From positions 1 through 37,445 of IMG/VR virus record IMGVR_UViG_3300030330_000125: a stretch of 37,445 nucleotides of DNA; one strand, 5' to 3'. Under the pieces are notes generated by a model that was given only the letters and a program-made list of their open reading frames with translations, was not told the origin of the DNA and did not search any database. The position numbers and the translations under genes are program-made. Below are positions 27,991 to 36,669 of the stretch, one piece after another. Numbering within the stretch: position 1 is the first letter of the stretch; the number at the start of each line of letters is the position of its first letter. Origin of the DNA: a virus (Duplodnaviria; Caudoviricetes).

Positions 27991-28285
27991 ATACAAAATC
28001 CTTTTCGTAAAATGTTTTTGAACCAACTTTTTTTATTGATAATATATTTTTGTTAGCAACAATCATCTGATCGCCTATTTCATCATGTGAAAATGACATT
28101 ACAAACATATGACAATCTTTATCTTTTTTTAATAAATAACCCTCGGTAAAACATATTTGTGGTTTATCTCTTTCTGCTTCTTTTATAGATTTCCATTGAC
28201 AATCTGATGCATGATCTTCATACCAACACTCATATTTATCGTATGTATATAATTGTGGATCTTTACGTTTATTTTTTATTACCAT
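27974..28285 (-). CDS. Conserved hypothetical phage protein
   Basis: W.ED....W...ICFTEGYLL pattern. Confidence 0.75.
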   Translation of the reverse strand: MVIKNKRKDPQLYTYDKYECWYEDHASDCQWKSIKEAERDKPQICFTEGYLLKKDKDCHMFVMSFSHDEIGDQMIVANKNILSIKKVGSKTFYEKDFVYGEWK

Positions 28286-28628
28286 AGTTTTTATATTCTG
28301 CCATCTGATTTATTGTTTTAGTTTTCCAACTATCAAAATTGATCTGCACTAAATACTTTTCCCAATTCAACTCGGCCTCTTTACCAACTGCATCTGCAAG
28401 GTTATCAATATGTTTTTTATATCTGTCATCTGCTCTTGCTTCTCGTTCTTGGGCATTAACACTATCCATCTTACCCGTATTAGAATTTATCATTTTTTCT
28501 TTCATAATTACAGACAATAGTATTTTACGGCCATGCTCTAATTTTGTAAGGTTTTTCTTTGCATCTGCATGATCTTTACCTAACTTACGTAATTCATGCA
28601 TACGCCTTTCTATGTATTCTTCACTCAT
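28269..28628 (-). CDS. Coiled-coil hypothetical protein
   Basis: AQEREARAD..Y...FDSWKT; coupled to helicase. Confidence 0.75.
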   Translation of the reverse strand: MSEEYIERRMHELRKLGKDHADAKKNLTKLEHGRKILLSVIMKEKMINSNTGKMDSVNAQEREARADDRYKKHIDNLADAVGKEAELNWEKYLVQINFDSWKTKTINQMAEYKNYGNKK

Positions 28629-30117
28629 AACTAAACTCCTTTATGTTTTTTGACTTTGCTCTACGAATATTAAGATGTTGTATAAAACCCATAACATCCT
28701 TGCCTGTAGCAACAGGTATAATTTTTTTAGAATGTGGCCAATGACCATACTTTTCTTTAAATGTGTATGATGCCCAGCCCTCTTTGTATCCTTTTTGTTT
28801 TGCGTAATATACAAGTTGTGCATAGAAATTTGTTTTATCTTCTGCATTTGGTTTCATCTTTGGAAGTTCTACTAATCTACCTTGTTTTATAAGTATAACT
28901 TCTTCTTTCTTTGTAGGTATGTGGCCACAATTAGGACATTCGGGATTATCTTTTATAGGTTTATAAACTGTGTCGCATTGTACACAAGTAAATGGTTGTT
29001 GATCTATAGGTTTAGGTTGTTTCTTTTTTCTTTCTTTTTCTTTACTAATTTTTAGTTGCCAATCTGGTACATCTTCGGGAAAGCCATGTTCATACACACA
29101 CCCACTATGATCTATAATCAATGTATCAAGTTTGTTTGGCGCAGGTCGTAAGGTTCTGCCTACCATCTGTAAATACAAAGAATATGATTTTGTAGGTCTA
29201 GCTATAATTACACAAGACACTTTTGGTTGATCCCAGCCCTCCGTCAAAACCATACAATTAGACAAGACTTTTATTTTACCTTTGTCTAGTTTATCTAGTT
29301 GTTCTTCTCGTTCTATTTCTGGCATCTCACCATCTATATGGCCACTTGGTACACCATTTTGTTTAAATATATTTGCAATGTATTTACTATGTTTTATAGA
29401 CACGCCAAAAACTATTGTTGGCCTATCCTCGCCATACCTTATCCAATGTGAAACAATATCACCTACCAATTTAGGTGTATTCATTTTGTTATCTAATGTT
29501 TTCTTTTCGTAATCACCTGCAACAATACGTATATCTTGTAAGTCTGGTATTGTAGGTGCAATAATTCTGTTAGGTACAAGGTATCCTTGTTTAGTTAAAT
29601 CTTTTATATTACCTGCCTGTACAAGTTCTTGATATATGTTGCCTAAACCTTTGCCGTCAGCTCTACAAGGTGTTGCAGTAAGGCCAATAACATATGCGTC
29701 TGGATATTCTTCTATTAATTTTTTAAATGACTTTGAAGTAGATCTATGCGCTTCGTCTATAATTATAACATTTGCATTTGGTTTTATAAAATCATCTCTA
29801 TCTTTTCTTGATGTAAATGTTTGTATAGATGCTATCTGTACGTCTGCATAATGATTAGGTGTTTTACTTGCCATAATTACGCCATGTTTAATATCAAAGT
29901 CTGATAACTTACGACTACATTGCATCACCAATTCCCTCCTATGTGCTACAAACAAACCAAAGTTCCCCTTTTCTATAATCTGTTCTAGCATTGATGATGC
30001 AATGACGGTTTTACCGCTACCTGTAGGGGCAACGAGTAAAATCTTTTTTTTGCCTTTAACAAAATGGTTTCTAATATTGTTAATTGCTTGTTTTTGGTAT
30101 TCTCGTAGTAGGTTCAT
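28621..30117 (-). CDS. Superfamily 2 helicase (RadD/YejH-like) with Zn finger
   Basis: LREYQ, APTGSGKT, DEAH, TATP, QMVGR, CxxC...CxxC. Confidence 0.95.
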   Translation of the reverse strand: MNLLREYQKQAINNIRNHFVKGKKKILLVAPTGSGKTVIASSMLEQIIEKGNFGLFVAHRRELVMQCSRKLSDFDIKHGVIMASKTPNHYADVQIASIQTFTSRKDRDDFIKPNANVIIIDEAHRSTSKSFKKLIEEYPDAYVIGLTATPCRADGKGLGNIYQELVQAGNIKDLTKQGYLVPNRIIAPTIPDLQDIRIVAGDYEKKTLDNKMNTPKLVGDIVSHWIRYGEDRPTIVFGVSIKHSKYIANIFKQNGVPSGHIDGEMPEIEREEQLDKLDKGKIKVLSNCMVLTEGWDQPKVSCVIIARPTKSYSLYLQMVGRTLRPAPNKLDTLIIDHSGCVYEHGFPEDVPDWQLKISKEKERKKKQPKPIDQQPFTCVQCDTVYKPIKDNPECPNCGHIPTKKEEVILIKQGRLVELPKMKPNAEDKTNFYAQLVYYAKQKGYKEGWASYTFKEKYGHWPHSKKIIPVATGKDVMGFIQHLNIRRAKSKNIKEFSYE

Positions 30118-30928
30118 ATCTTTTCCATATATCGTTTAATTGAAATAATACTTCCTTTTCATCATCTGGCGGTTTACAATAACTATTAAATTGTAATGCT
30201 TCTGTCTTTGCATAATCATATGTTTCGCCACGTAATCTTATTGATATTAACATCTTTACTAATTGTTCGTGTCTATCACCCTCACCGCAACCATAACGTA
30301 ATGTGCCTGTATATTGGCCTTGATACATAGATGGATCATACTTTACTACTTTACGTTCTGGCCTTACTAATCTCAATCCATCTCTTATTTCTTTCATAGT
30401 GTATGGTTCATGTGCAGTACATTGTATAATTTTTACAGGATAAGGATTTTTTTTATGATGATAAAAACCTGCTACACGCATTACACGTGGAAGATCTTTT
30501 ACTTTTGGATCTGAATTAAATCTGTTTGATAATGCTTCTTGGTATAACTCAAAACTTTCTAGCGGCATATCTTTTACAATCCAATAACAATGAAACTTGT
30601 TACGACTTGTATTGACAACTATGTTAGGAATAACATCAAACTTTGTAGGTAAAGGTGTACCATCAAGATCTATAAATACTGCTCTTACATCTGTTATATT
30701 TTTTTTAGATCTACCACAAAGATCTGTTTTATTAACCGTAAAATATACACCTGCGCCTTTGCTATTTAGTTCTGCTAGTTCATCAAAGTGTTCTTCTATA
30801 GTACCATGTAATTGTTTAATTAATTTTTTGTTTCTTACTTTGTCATCAAAAGTTTGGAATGTATGTGTTTGGCCAAAGTAATCTAAAAACATACTATAAT
30901 GTGAATTAGGAGTATAACTCATTCGCAC
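30080..30928 (-). CDS. RepB'-like AEP primase
   Basis: GVYFTVN, FIDLD, TS..KFHCYW, RVMRVAG, PriCT-like tail. Confidence 0.85.
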   Translation of the reverse strand: MRMSYTPNSHYSMFLDYFGQTHTFQTFDDKVRNKKLIKQLHGTIEEHFDELAELNSKGAGVYFTVNKTDLCGRSKKNITDVRAVFIDLDGTPLPTKFDVIPNIVVNTSRNKFHCYWIVKDMPLESFELYQEALSNRFNSDPKVKDLPRVMRVAGFYHHKKNPYPVKIIQCTAHEPYTMKEIRDGLRLVRPERKVVKYDPSMYQGQYTGTLRYGCGEGDRHEQLVKMLISIRLRGETYDYAKTEALQFNSYCKPPDDEKEVLFQLNDIWKRYEPTTRIPKTSN

Positions 30929-31140
30929 CTATGCCCTACTACTAATTTATTACCATCATTTGTATAGTACGCCGAGTGTTCATATACTCCCTCTTTATAC
31001 CAATAGAATGTAGACATATCTTCTATGATTACTTGTGCGTGTTCTGAACACCAATCATATTTATTATCATCAAAAGTAAACTCTAATTTTTCTAATTGAC
31101 AACCAGTACAAGCTAACACAAAAATAATTATTTTAGTCAT
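30919..31140 (-). CDS. Hypothetical protein with hydrophobic N-terminus
   Basis: 73 aa, overlaps both neighbours; terminal VVGHRC. Confidence 0.7.
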   Translation of the reverse strand: MTKIIIFVLACTGCQLEKLEFTFDDNKYDWCSEHAQVIIEDMSTFYWYKEGVYEHSAYYTNDGNKLVVGHRCE

Positions 31141-31528
31141 CTTCGCCTAAACTTTCATCACTCCATCTTTTTTTTGCACCTAACTTACCTGCAATAGATC
31201 TTTTTTTTCTGTTTTTTGCTTGTTCTTTGCGTTCTTCTTCTGCCTGTATACAGATAAGATATATTTTATTGTCTTTGTCTTTTTTTTCTTCAAATAAATG
31301 TGATATGTTTTTCCAAATCTTATCTAACTTATCAACTCTACAATTACACATCCTAGATAAGACTTCCATATCTTTTGGAATACGAAAACTACGCCAACAA
31401 TGACAATACAATAAAATATATGCGCCTTGTTCTTCTAATGACAATTTCATTCTGTTTGGATCTGAAATCCAATCACTTGCATAAAATTGAAATGCAGGGC
31501 TTTGTTCGTCTGTTATAGATTTTCGCAT
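31133..31528 (-). CDS. DUF1376/YdaU-family replication initiator N-terminal domain
   Basis: PAFQFYASDWISD...LSLEEQGAYILL...AGKLGAKKRW. Confidence 0.85.
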   Translation of the reverse strand: MRKSITDEQSPAFQFYASDWISDPNRMKLSLEEQGAYILLYCHCWRSFRIPKDMEVLSRMCNCRVDKLDKIWKNISHLFEEKKDKDNKIYLICIQAEEERKEQAKNRKKRSIAGKLGAKKRWSDESLGEDD

Positions 31529-31538
31529 TTTACAATCA

Positions 31539-31586
31539 TTAAGTTAGGTTAACATCATTTTTACATTAAGAGAAACTTGGTGTCAA
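31539..31586 (-). promoter_or_regulatory. Replication promoter with operator
   Basis: TTGACA(31586-81)-N17-TAAAAA; TTAAG-TTAG-GTTAA at 31539-52. Confidence 0.65.
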
Positions 31587-31605
31587 GTCTGTTGCCTATC
31601 TTGTA

Positions 31606-31706
31606 TGTAGTTGTAGGTGTAGTTGAAGGTGAAGATGAAGATGAAGGGGATACTTTTGCTATTAGCAAACTGATGCGATTTTATAACAATGCTATGGCAA
31701 TGCTAT
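31606..31706. repeat. Putative replication origin: 7x TGWAGD, palindrome, 2x CAATGCTAT
   Basis: Hexamers 31606-47; TTTGCTA-T-TAGCAAA 31655-69; direct repeats 31687-95 and 31698-706. Confidence 0.6.
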
Positions 31707-31721
31707 AGTTTATAATGGTTT

Positions 31722-31781
31722 TAAAAAGGGAGGTGTGGCGGTAAACCTAAACTAAAATGAAAGAGGGAAAACCCGCCACAC
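31722..31781 (-). terminator. Hairpin/terminator after cro-like gene
   Basis: GTGTGGCGG (31733-41) / CCGCCACAC (31773-81) followed on minus strand by CTCCCTTTTT. Confidence 0.55.
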
Positions 31782-31851
31782 GATATAGTTTACACTCTCG
31801 CTTACACTATATACACGGTATACTTTTAACCTATTTGATAATGGTCTACGC

Positions 31852-32064
31852 CTACCGTTTAGGCGCAATCTCTAAATCTGGTCTTATATAACCTATATCA
31901 TAATCACCTAATTGTGCAATCTGATATGCACGAAAAGGTGGTATTACTTGCCATTTAGATACGGCAGGATGTGATATACCCAGCATACGTGATAAGTTTT
32001 TACCACCATATTTATTAATAATTTCTTTTTTACGTTCTTTTGCTAATCCTATTTTTTCTATCAT
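31852..32064 (-). CDS. Cro-like HTH regulator
   Basis: YGG.NLSRMLGISHPAVSKW..IP..RA....IRPDL. Confidence 0.88.
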   Translation of the reverse strand: MIEKIGLAKERKKEIINKYGGKNLSRMLGISHPAVSKWQVIPPFRAYQIAQLGDYDIGYIRPDLEIAPKR

Positions 32065-32288
32065 GTTTCACCCTGTTGTATTTTTGCAACAGTAGTGTGT
32101 CTTAATTGCAACAGGTATTTAGACCTATCCTCACACTTTATTGCTTCATCCGTAAGCACTAATATATCATCTGCTTTGTTATAATGTTGAGGAATAACAC
32201 TAGATCTGTCAAGGTTTATTATTTCCTTGTCAATTCTTTTCTGTTTAGCTTGTAATTCCTCAATTAATTCATCTAATACACTTGCCAT
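32061..32288 (-). CDS. Coiled-coil hypothetical protein (start likely 32288)
   Basis: MASVLDELIEEL; the upstream TTG lies inside an operator/-35 box. Confidence 0.75.
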   Translation of the reverse strand: MASVLDELIEELQAKQKRIDKEIINLDRSSVIPQHYNKADDILVLTDEAIKCEDRSKYLLQLRHTTVAKIQQGET

Positions 32289-32295
32289 AATTTGT

Positions 32296-32369
32296 TCTAT
32301 ATTTGTTTTGTTAACAAAAGTCAATCTATATACTTGACTTACGTTAATATATCATTTAACTTAACTTAA
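32296..32369. promoter_or_regulatory. Back-to-back promoters with three tandem operators
   Basis: Sites 32311-24, 32334-47, 32356-69; TTGACT on both strands; plus TTGACT-N17-TAACTT. Confidence 0.75.
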
Positions 32370-32402
32370 TCAATAATAAATTAGTGAAAAAAAAGGATAA
32401 AT

Positions 32403-33008
32403 ATGACAAGTATAATAGCAAATGGTGGCAATGATACACCAAGTTATCCAACTGTATCTGTTGGTGTACATAAGGCCAGATGTGTAAGAGTAATAGATCT
32501 CGGTACACAGCAAAACGATTATCAAGGGCAGATTAGTTGGAAAAGGCAGGTAATGTTGATATGGGAAGTGCCGTCTGAAACAGACAACAAAGGCGAACCA
32601 TTAACAATCAGTAAGTTCTATACGTTATCGTTAAATGAAAAAGCAAATCTTGCTAATGATTTAGTATCGTGGCGTGGTAGACCTTTTACTGAAACAGAAA
32701 AAAAAGCGTTTGATATATCAAAGGTAGCAGGTAAACCGTGTAGTATAAATGTTATACTAAATCAAAACGGTAAACCAAAAGTATCAACCGTTATGCCAAT
32801 AGGTAAAAATGATGAAATTGCACAACAGTTTCATCCTAACATGGTGTTTAGTATTACAGACTTTCAAGAAAAAAAAATGGAAGTATTTAATCAATTACCC
32901 GAAGGCATAAGAAACATTATCTTAAAATCTAAAGAATTAGAAGGTACGGAAAAACAAGATTTAGGTGATGAGAATAATGCACAAGATCTTGGTGATATTC
33001 CGTTCTAA
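32403..33008 (+). CDS. Putative ssDNA-binding/replication protein (NGO0469-like)
   Basis: GVHKARC..VIDLGTQ...FYTLSL.EKA.L...WRG; acidic tail ending DIPF. Confidence 0.7.
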   Translation: MTSIIANGGNDTPSYPTVSVGVHKARCVRVIDLGTQQNDYQGQISWKRQVMLIWEVPSETDNKGEPLTISKFYTLSLNEKANLANDLVSWRGRPFTETEKKAFDISKVAGKPCSINVILNQNGKPKVSTVMPIGKNDEIAQQFHPNMVFSITDFQEKKMEVFNQLPEGIRNIILKSKELEGTEKQDLGDENNAQDLGDIPF

Positions 33009-33913
33009 TGAAGATAACAAATAGATCAAATCTACCTAAAGTTATTGAACGGGCTGTAATAAACGATCCTTATGATAGTAGTGGATCTAATATATCTACA
33101 ACCCGTTTGATTGCGCCACCTAGAATAAGAGTACTAGAAATGCGTAACTGGGATCTTATTGAGGATGATGTATCTAACAGAATATTCTCTTTACTTGGTC
33201 AATCCGTACACCACATATTAGAAAGATCTAAACTAAAGGTAGATCTAGCTGAACGCAGATTGTTTTACAAAGATGATAAAATAACTAATGGATGGACATT
33301 AAGTGGTCAGTTTGATTTGTTATCTAGACAAGGTGATTTAACAGATTTTAAAGTTACATCTGCATGGGCGGCGTTGGATGCATTAAATAATGGTAAAGAT
33401 GAATGGGAAAACCAACTTAATGTATTAGACTTTCTATGTAGAAAAAATCAAAAGACATTGACAAGGTATAAGAAAGAAGTCAAAGTTAAATCATTAAACA
33501 TTATGGCTATACTGCGTGATTGGTCAAAACTAAAAGTTATGCAATCAGACAACTACCCAAGAAAACAAGTTGTTATGATACCTATACGTAGATGGTCAGA
33601 AGAAGAACAAGAAAACTATGTACAGGCACGTATTAAATTACATCAAGATGCAGAAAAATCAGATCAACTTCCCTTGTGTACAGCAAAAGAAAGATGGCGA
33701 AAAGAAGATAGCTATGCTCTTATGTTGGACAACAGAAAAACTGCTAGACGTGTATTACCTACAAGAGAAGAAATGGATAAGTATATGAAAGAACATAAAT
33801 ATGTAGAGGGCCAAGGTTGTAAGGTAGTATTTCGTGCAGGTGAAGATGTAAGATGTCAACATTATTGTAGTGTTAATCAGTTTTGTAGTCATTTTATGAA
33901 TGTGAGTTTTTAG
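33008..33913 (+). CDS. PD-(D/E)XK (Cas4-like) exonuclease
   Basis: GQSVH..LE, SGQFD, DFK, Q-L-N, C-terminal RCQHYC....FC. Confidence 0.8.
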   Translation: MKITNRSNLPKVIERAVINDPYDSSGSNISTTRLIAPPRIRVLEMRNWDLIEDDVSNRIFSLLGQSVHHILERSKLKVDLAERRLFYKDDKITNGWTLSGQFDLLSRQGDLTDFKVTSAWAALDALNNGKDEWENQLNVLDFLCRKNQKTLTRYKKEVKVKSLNIMAILRDWSKLKVMQSDNYPRKQVVMIPIRRWSEEEQENYVQARIKLHQDAEKSDQLPLCTAKERWRKEDSYALMLDNRKTARRVLPTREEMDKYMKEHKYVEGQGCKVVFRAGEDVRCQHYCSVNQFCSHFMNVSF

Positions 33914-34146
33914 TGAGTAAAAAACCTAAAATTATAAGACCTTTCATTGTTACAAAAGATCCCATGGTTCAAAGTCTGTTGCACAAGTTTGCAAAGAGAT
34001 CAGAAGATGGCATACTTAAATACAAAAAAACTATGGCACAAGCTAATAAACCAATAGAAAAATGGATTGAAGATGCACAAGAAGAAGCATGGGATCAAAT
34101 TGTTTATCTAGAAAAATTAAAATCTTTGTTAACAAAAGTACATTAA
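33913..34146 (+). CDS. Hypothetical helical protein (possibly all-alpha NTP-pyrophosphatase-like)
   Basis: RSEDG..KY...W..DAQEEAWD..VYLEK. Confidence 0.65.
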   Translation: MSKKPKIIRPFIVTKDPMVQSLLHKFAKRSEDGILKYKKTMAQANKPIEKWIEDAQEEAWDQIVYLEKLKSLLTKVH

Positions 34147-34191
34147 TTTTAAAATTTATTTATCTAATATAATCTGTTAATATATGCTGAT

Positions 34192-34590
34192 ATGAAAATC
34201 AGCGATAATACATCTGTAGCTATGCCAATGCGTAACCTAGTAGCCATAATAGCGGCGGTTGCTGTTGGTACTATGGCCTATTTTAATATAGTAGAACAAC
34301 TAAATAAACACTCTACTACATTAGAGTTAATGGCAAAAGATCAAGAACATAATACAGAATTTAGAATAAAATGGCCACGTGGTGAGATGGGATCTTTACC
34401 TGCGGACAGCGAACAATTTATGTTAATAGAAGATCTGTACAAAACCGTAGAAAAATTGGTAGAGAACCAAGAAATGAATATGACAAACAAAGTCAACATA
34501 GAATTTTTACAAAAACAAGTAGAAAAAATGCAAGAAGATATAGAAAAATTAAAAGATAAAGTAAGAGCAAATGGAAATTACGGACAATGA
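34192..34590 (+). CDS. Membrane-anchored coiled-coil protein
   Basis: N-terminal TM then coil; LPADSEQFML. Confidence 0.75.
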   Translation: MKISDNTSVAMPMRNLVAIIAAVAVGTMAYFNIVEQLNKHSTTLELMAKDQEHNTEFRIKWPRGEMGSLPADSEQFMLIEDLYKTVEKLVENQEMNMTNKVNIEFLQKQVEKMQEDIEKLKDKVRANGNYGQ

Positions 34591-34805
34591 TTGAAACAGT
34601 TGTAGCATTATTAATGATAGTAAACAATGAGATTAAAGAACATAGAATACAACCAGCTATGTCAGACTGCCTTAAAGGTAAGAGGGTTGCCGAGAGGCAG
34701 TTAAAGGGTGGTAGTAGTGTAAGGTATGAATGCCTACGATCTAAAGCAGAATTAGAAGAAGATAGTTTAGGCAACATACATATTAAAAAGTTAATATTAA
34801 AATAA
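34587..34805 (+). CDS. Hypothetical protein
   Basis: MIETVVALLM...MSDCLKGKRVAER...YEC. Confidence 0.75.
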   Translation: MIETVVALLMIVNNEIKEHRIQPAMSDCLKGKRVAERQLKGGSSVRYECLRSKAELEEDSLGNIHIKKLILK

Positions 34806-34819
34806 TATGATAGAAGATA

Positions 34820-34924
34820 ATGATAGATTGGGTAATAAAAAAAATAGAAAAAATATCAAGATCTATATTTCATTGGACTTGGCGTGTACAAGTACAACGA
34901 AAGTATTACAAGAAAAAAAAATAG
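34820..34924 (+). CDS. Small basic amphipathic peptide, 34 aa (not in track)
   Basis: MIDWVIKKIEKISRSIFHWTWRVQVQRKYYKKKK. Confidence 0.55.
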   Translation: MIDWVIKKIEKISRSIFHWTWRVQVQRKYYKKKK

Positions 34925-34927
34925 ATC

Positions 34928-35155
34928 ATGGTTAAGTTTATTCTTATGTTACAATTATGTATTAATGGTATGTGTTATCCTCCCTTAACAAATGATGAAT
35001 TTATTTTTAATAATTATAAAGATTGTACAATAGCAGGTTATGAAGAAAGTCTTATGTATTTTGGTAATATGGATGATGAATATGTTAATGATGCAAAACC
35101 AATATTAAGATTTTGGTGTCAAGAAGAAAAAATAAAACAAAAAATTAACACATGA
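34928..35155 (+). CDS. Hypothetical Cys-containing protein
   Basis: KFILMLQLC...C...DC..AGY...FWC. Confidence 0.75.
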   Translation: MVKFILMLQLCINGMCYPPLTNDEFIFNNYKDCTIAGYEESLMYFGNMDDEYVNDAKPILRFWCQEEKIKQKINT

Positions 35156-35373
35156 AAACAAAGAAAAAAATAGTAAATAAAACAATATCTCATAGTGTAA
35201 TATCATACAAACTAGATGAAATTAAAGATCTTGTTCATAAAAATTCCAAAGATATAGAGGAGTTAAAAAAACAAGTAGCTATGGGTAAGGGTGGCATAAA
35301 AGCTATATTTGTGATAGGTTCTTTAGTAGCATTAATATTAGCATTAATTAAAATGCTTACATTATGGAGGTAA
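35152..35373 (+). CDS. Coiled-coil protein with C-terminal TM (lysis-associated?)
   Basis: MGKGGIKAIFVIGSLVALILAL; precedes holin. Confidence 0.7.
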   Translation: MKTKKKIVNKTISHSVISYKLDEIKDLVHKNSKDIEELKKQVAMGKGGIKAIFVIGSLVALILALIKMLTLWR

Positions 35374-35376
35374 ATT

Positions 35377-35757
35377 ATGGCATGGTTTAGTTTAGCAAAA
35401 ATTGCAGTACAAGCAGGTACACATATATTTAAAAAAAGACAAGAAACAAAAATGATGATGGCAGATGCACAATACAAACACGCCGAGAAGATGGCCAACG
35501 GATCTGCTGAATATCAAGGTAAATTATTAGAAGCCAGACAATCAGACTGGAAAGACGAGTTCATATTGATACTATTAAGTATCCCTATCGTAATGTTGGG
35601 ATTTGCGGTATGGTCAGATAATCCTGCACACATGGAAAAGATGAAATTATTTTTTGAATATTTTTCACAACTTCCATTCTGGTATCAGACAATTTTTGTG
35701 GGCGTGATAGCATCTGTGTATGGACTTAAAGCAACAGATCTAATAAAAAGGAAGTAA
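35377..35757 (+). CDS. Putative holin
   Basis: SDWKDEF, two TM segments, LPFWYQ...ASVYG, basic tail; SD GGAGG. Confidence 0.7.
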   Translation: MAWFSLAKIAVQAGTHIFKKRQETKMMMADAQYKHAEKMANGSAEYQGKLLEARQSDWKDEFILILLSIPIVMLGFAVWSDNPAHMEKMKLFFEYFSQLPFWYQTIFVGVIASVYGLKATDLIKRK

Positions 35758-35758
35758 T

Positions 35759-35932
35759 ATGGCAAGTAAATATCATACTACCAAAGATGGAAAGAAAGCA
35801 AGAAAAGGTTTGTATTATTATATGAACCGTAAAAAGAAAGCTGGTACATCTAATCCGAAGTCTAAATCTACGGTTAGTGCAAAGGCATATAAGAACATGA
35901 AAGCTGGTTTTCCTAAATTTGGTAGAGCATAA
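35759..35932 (+). CDS. Small basic protein, 57 aa (not in track)
   Basis: MASKYHTTKDGKKARKGLYYYMNRKKKAGTSNPKSKSTVSAKAYKNMKAGFPKFGRA. Confidence 0.8.
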   Translation: MASKYHTTKDGKKARKGLYYYMNRKKKAGTSNPKSKSTVSAKAYKNMKAGFPKFGRA

Positions 35933-36204
35933 TGGGTTATAGTAAAGAACATAAAAATCCTAGCGGTGGTTTGAATGAAAAAGGTAGAAAGTTTTTCAAA
36001 CGCACAGAAGGATCTAATTTAAAACCACCTTTATCAAAAGGTAAGAGTGGCCGTAGAATATCGTTTGCGGCCCGATTTGGGGGCATGAAAGGCCCAATGA
36101 AGGATGATAAGGGTAGACCTACCAGAAAAGCGTTAGCGTTAAAAAAATGGGGGTTTAGATCAGCAGAAAGCGCAAGGAATTTTGCTAATAGAAATAAGGC
36201 ATAA
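35932..36204 (+). CDS. Basic protein, DUF6321-like
   Basis: KNPSGGLNEKGR...RRISFAARF.GM.GPMKD.KGRPTRKALALKKW. Confidence 0.75.
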   Translation: MGYSKEHKNPSGGLNEKGRKFFKRTEGSNLKPPLSKGKSGRRISFAARFGGMKGPMKDDKGRPTRKALALKKWGFRSAESARNFANRNKA

Positions 36205-36206
36205 TT

Positions 36207-36653
36207 ATGAATATAGATAATTTAAAAGAACGTATAAAAAAACATGAAGGTTTTGTACCTACAATGTACAAAGATAGTCTAGGTTTTGCCACAATTGGAT
36301 ATGGCCACCTAGTAACAAAAGATGATCCTTATGTAGAAGGTAAAGAATATACTAAAGAAGAATTAAGTGAACAATTTGATAAGGATTTTGATGAAGCAAA
36401 AAAAAATGCAGACATACTTATACTACATGATAACGGAATAACAGATCTTGTAGATGATGCAAAATGTGTTCTAATTGAGATGGTGTTCCAACTAGGTATA
36501 GGTGGTGTGTCTAAATTTAAAAAAATGTGGGAAGCATTAAAAAAACAAGATTATGGTGAAGCATCATTTCAAATGATGGATAGTAGATGGGCTAAACAAA
36601 CACCATCACGTGCAAAATCTCTTTCTGAAATTATGAGAAGTTGCAAAGCATAA
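36207..36653 (+). CDS. Endolysin, T4-lysozyme-like (GH24)
   Basis: HEG...YKDSLG..TIGYGH catalytic E/D/T; DSRWAKQTPSRA. Confidence 0.93.
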   Translation: MNIDNLKERIKKHEGFVPTMYKDSLGFATIGYGHLVTKDDPYVEGKEYTKEELSEQFDKDFDEAKKNADILILHDNGITDLVDDAKCVLIEMVFQLGIGGVSKFKKMWEALKKQDYGEASFQMMDSRWAKQTPSRAKSLSEIMRSCKA

Positions 36654-36669
36654 TTATTTCTAGTATACA

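Noticed and set aside
31606-31706. Repeats as a CRISPR array, given the Cas4-like gene
   Set aside because: Units are 6-11 bp without spacers; stand-alone Cas4-like nucleases are common in phages.
31826-31839. TTAAC-CTAT-TTGAT as another operator
   Set aside because: Three mismatches; likely chance in AT-rich DNA.
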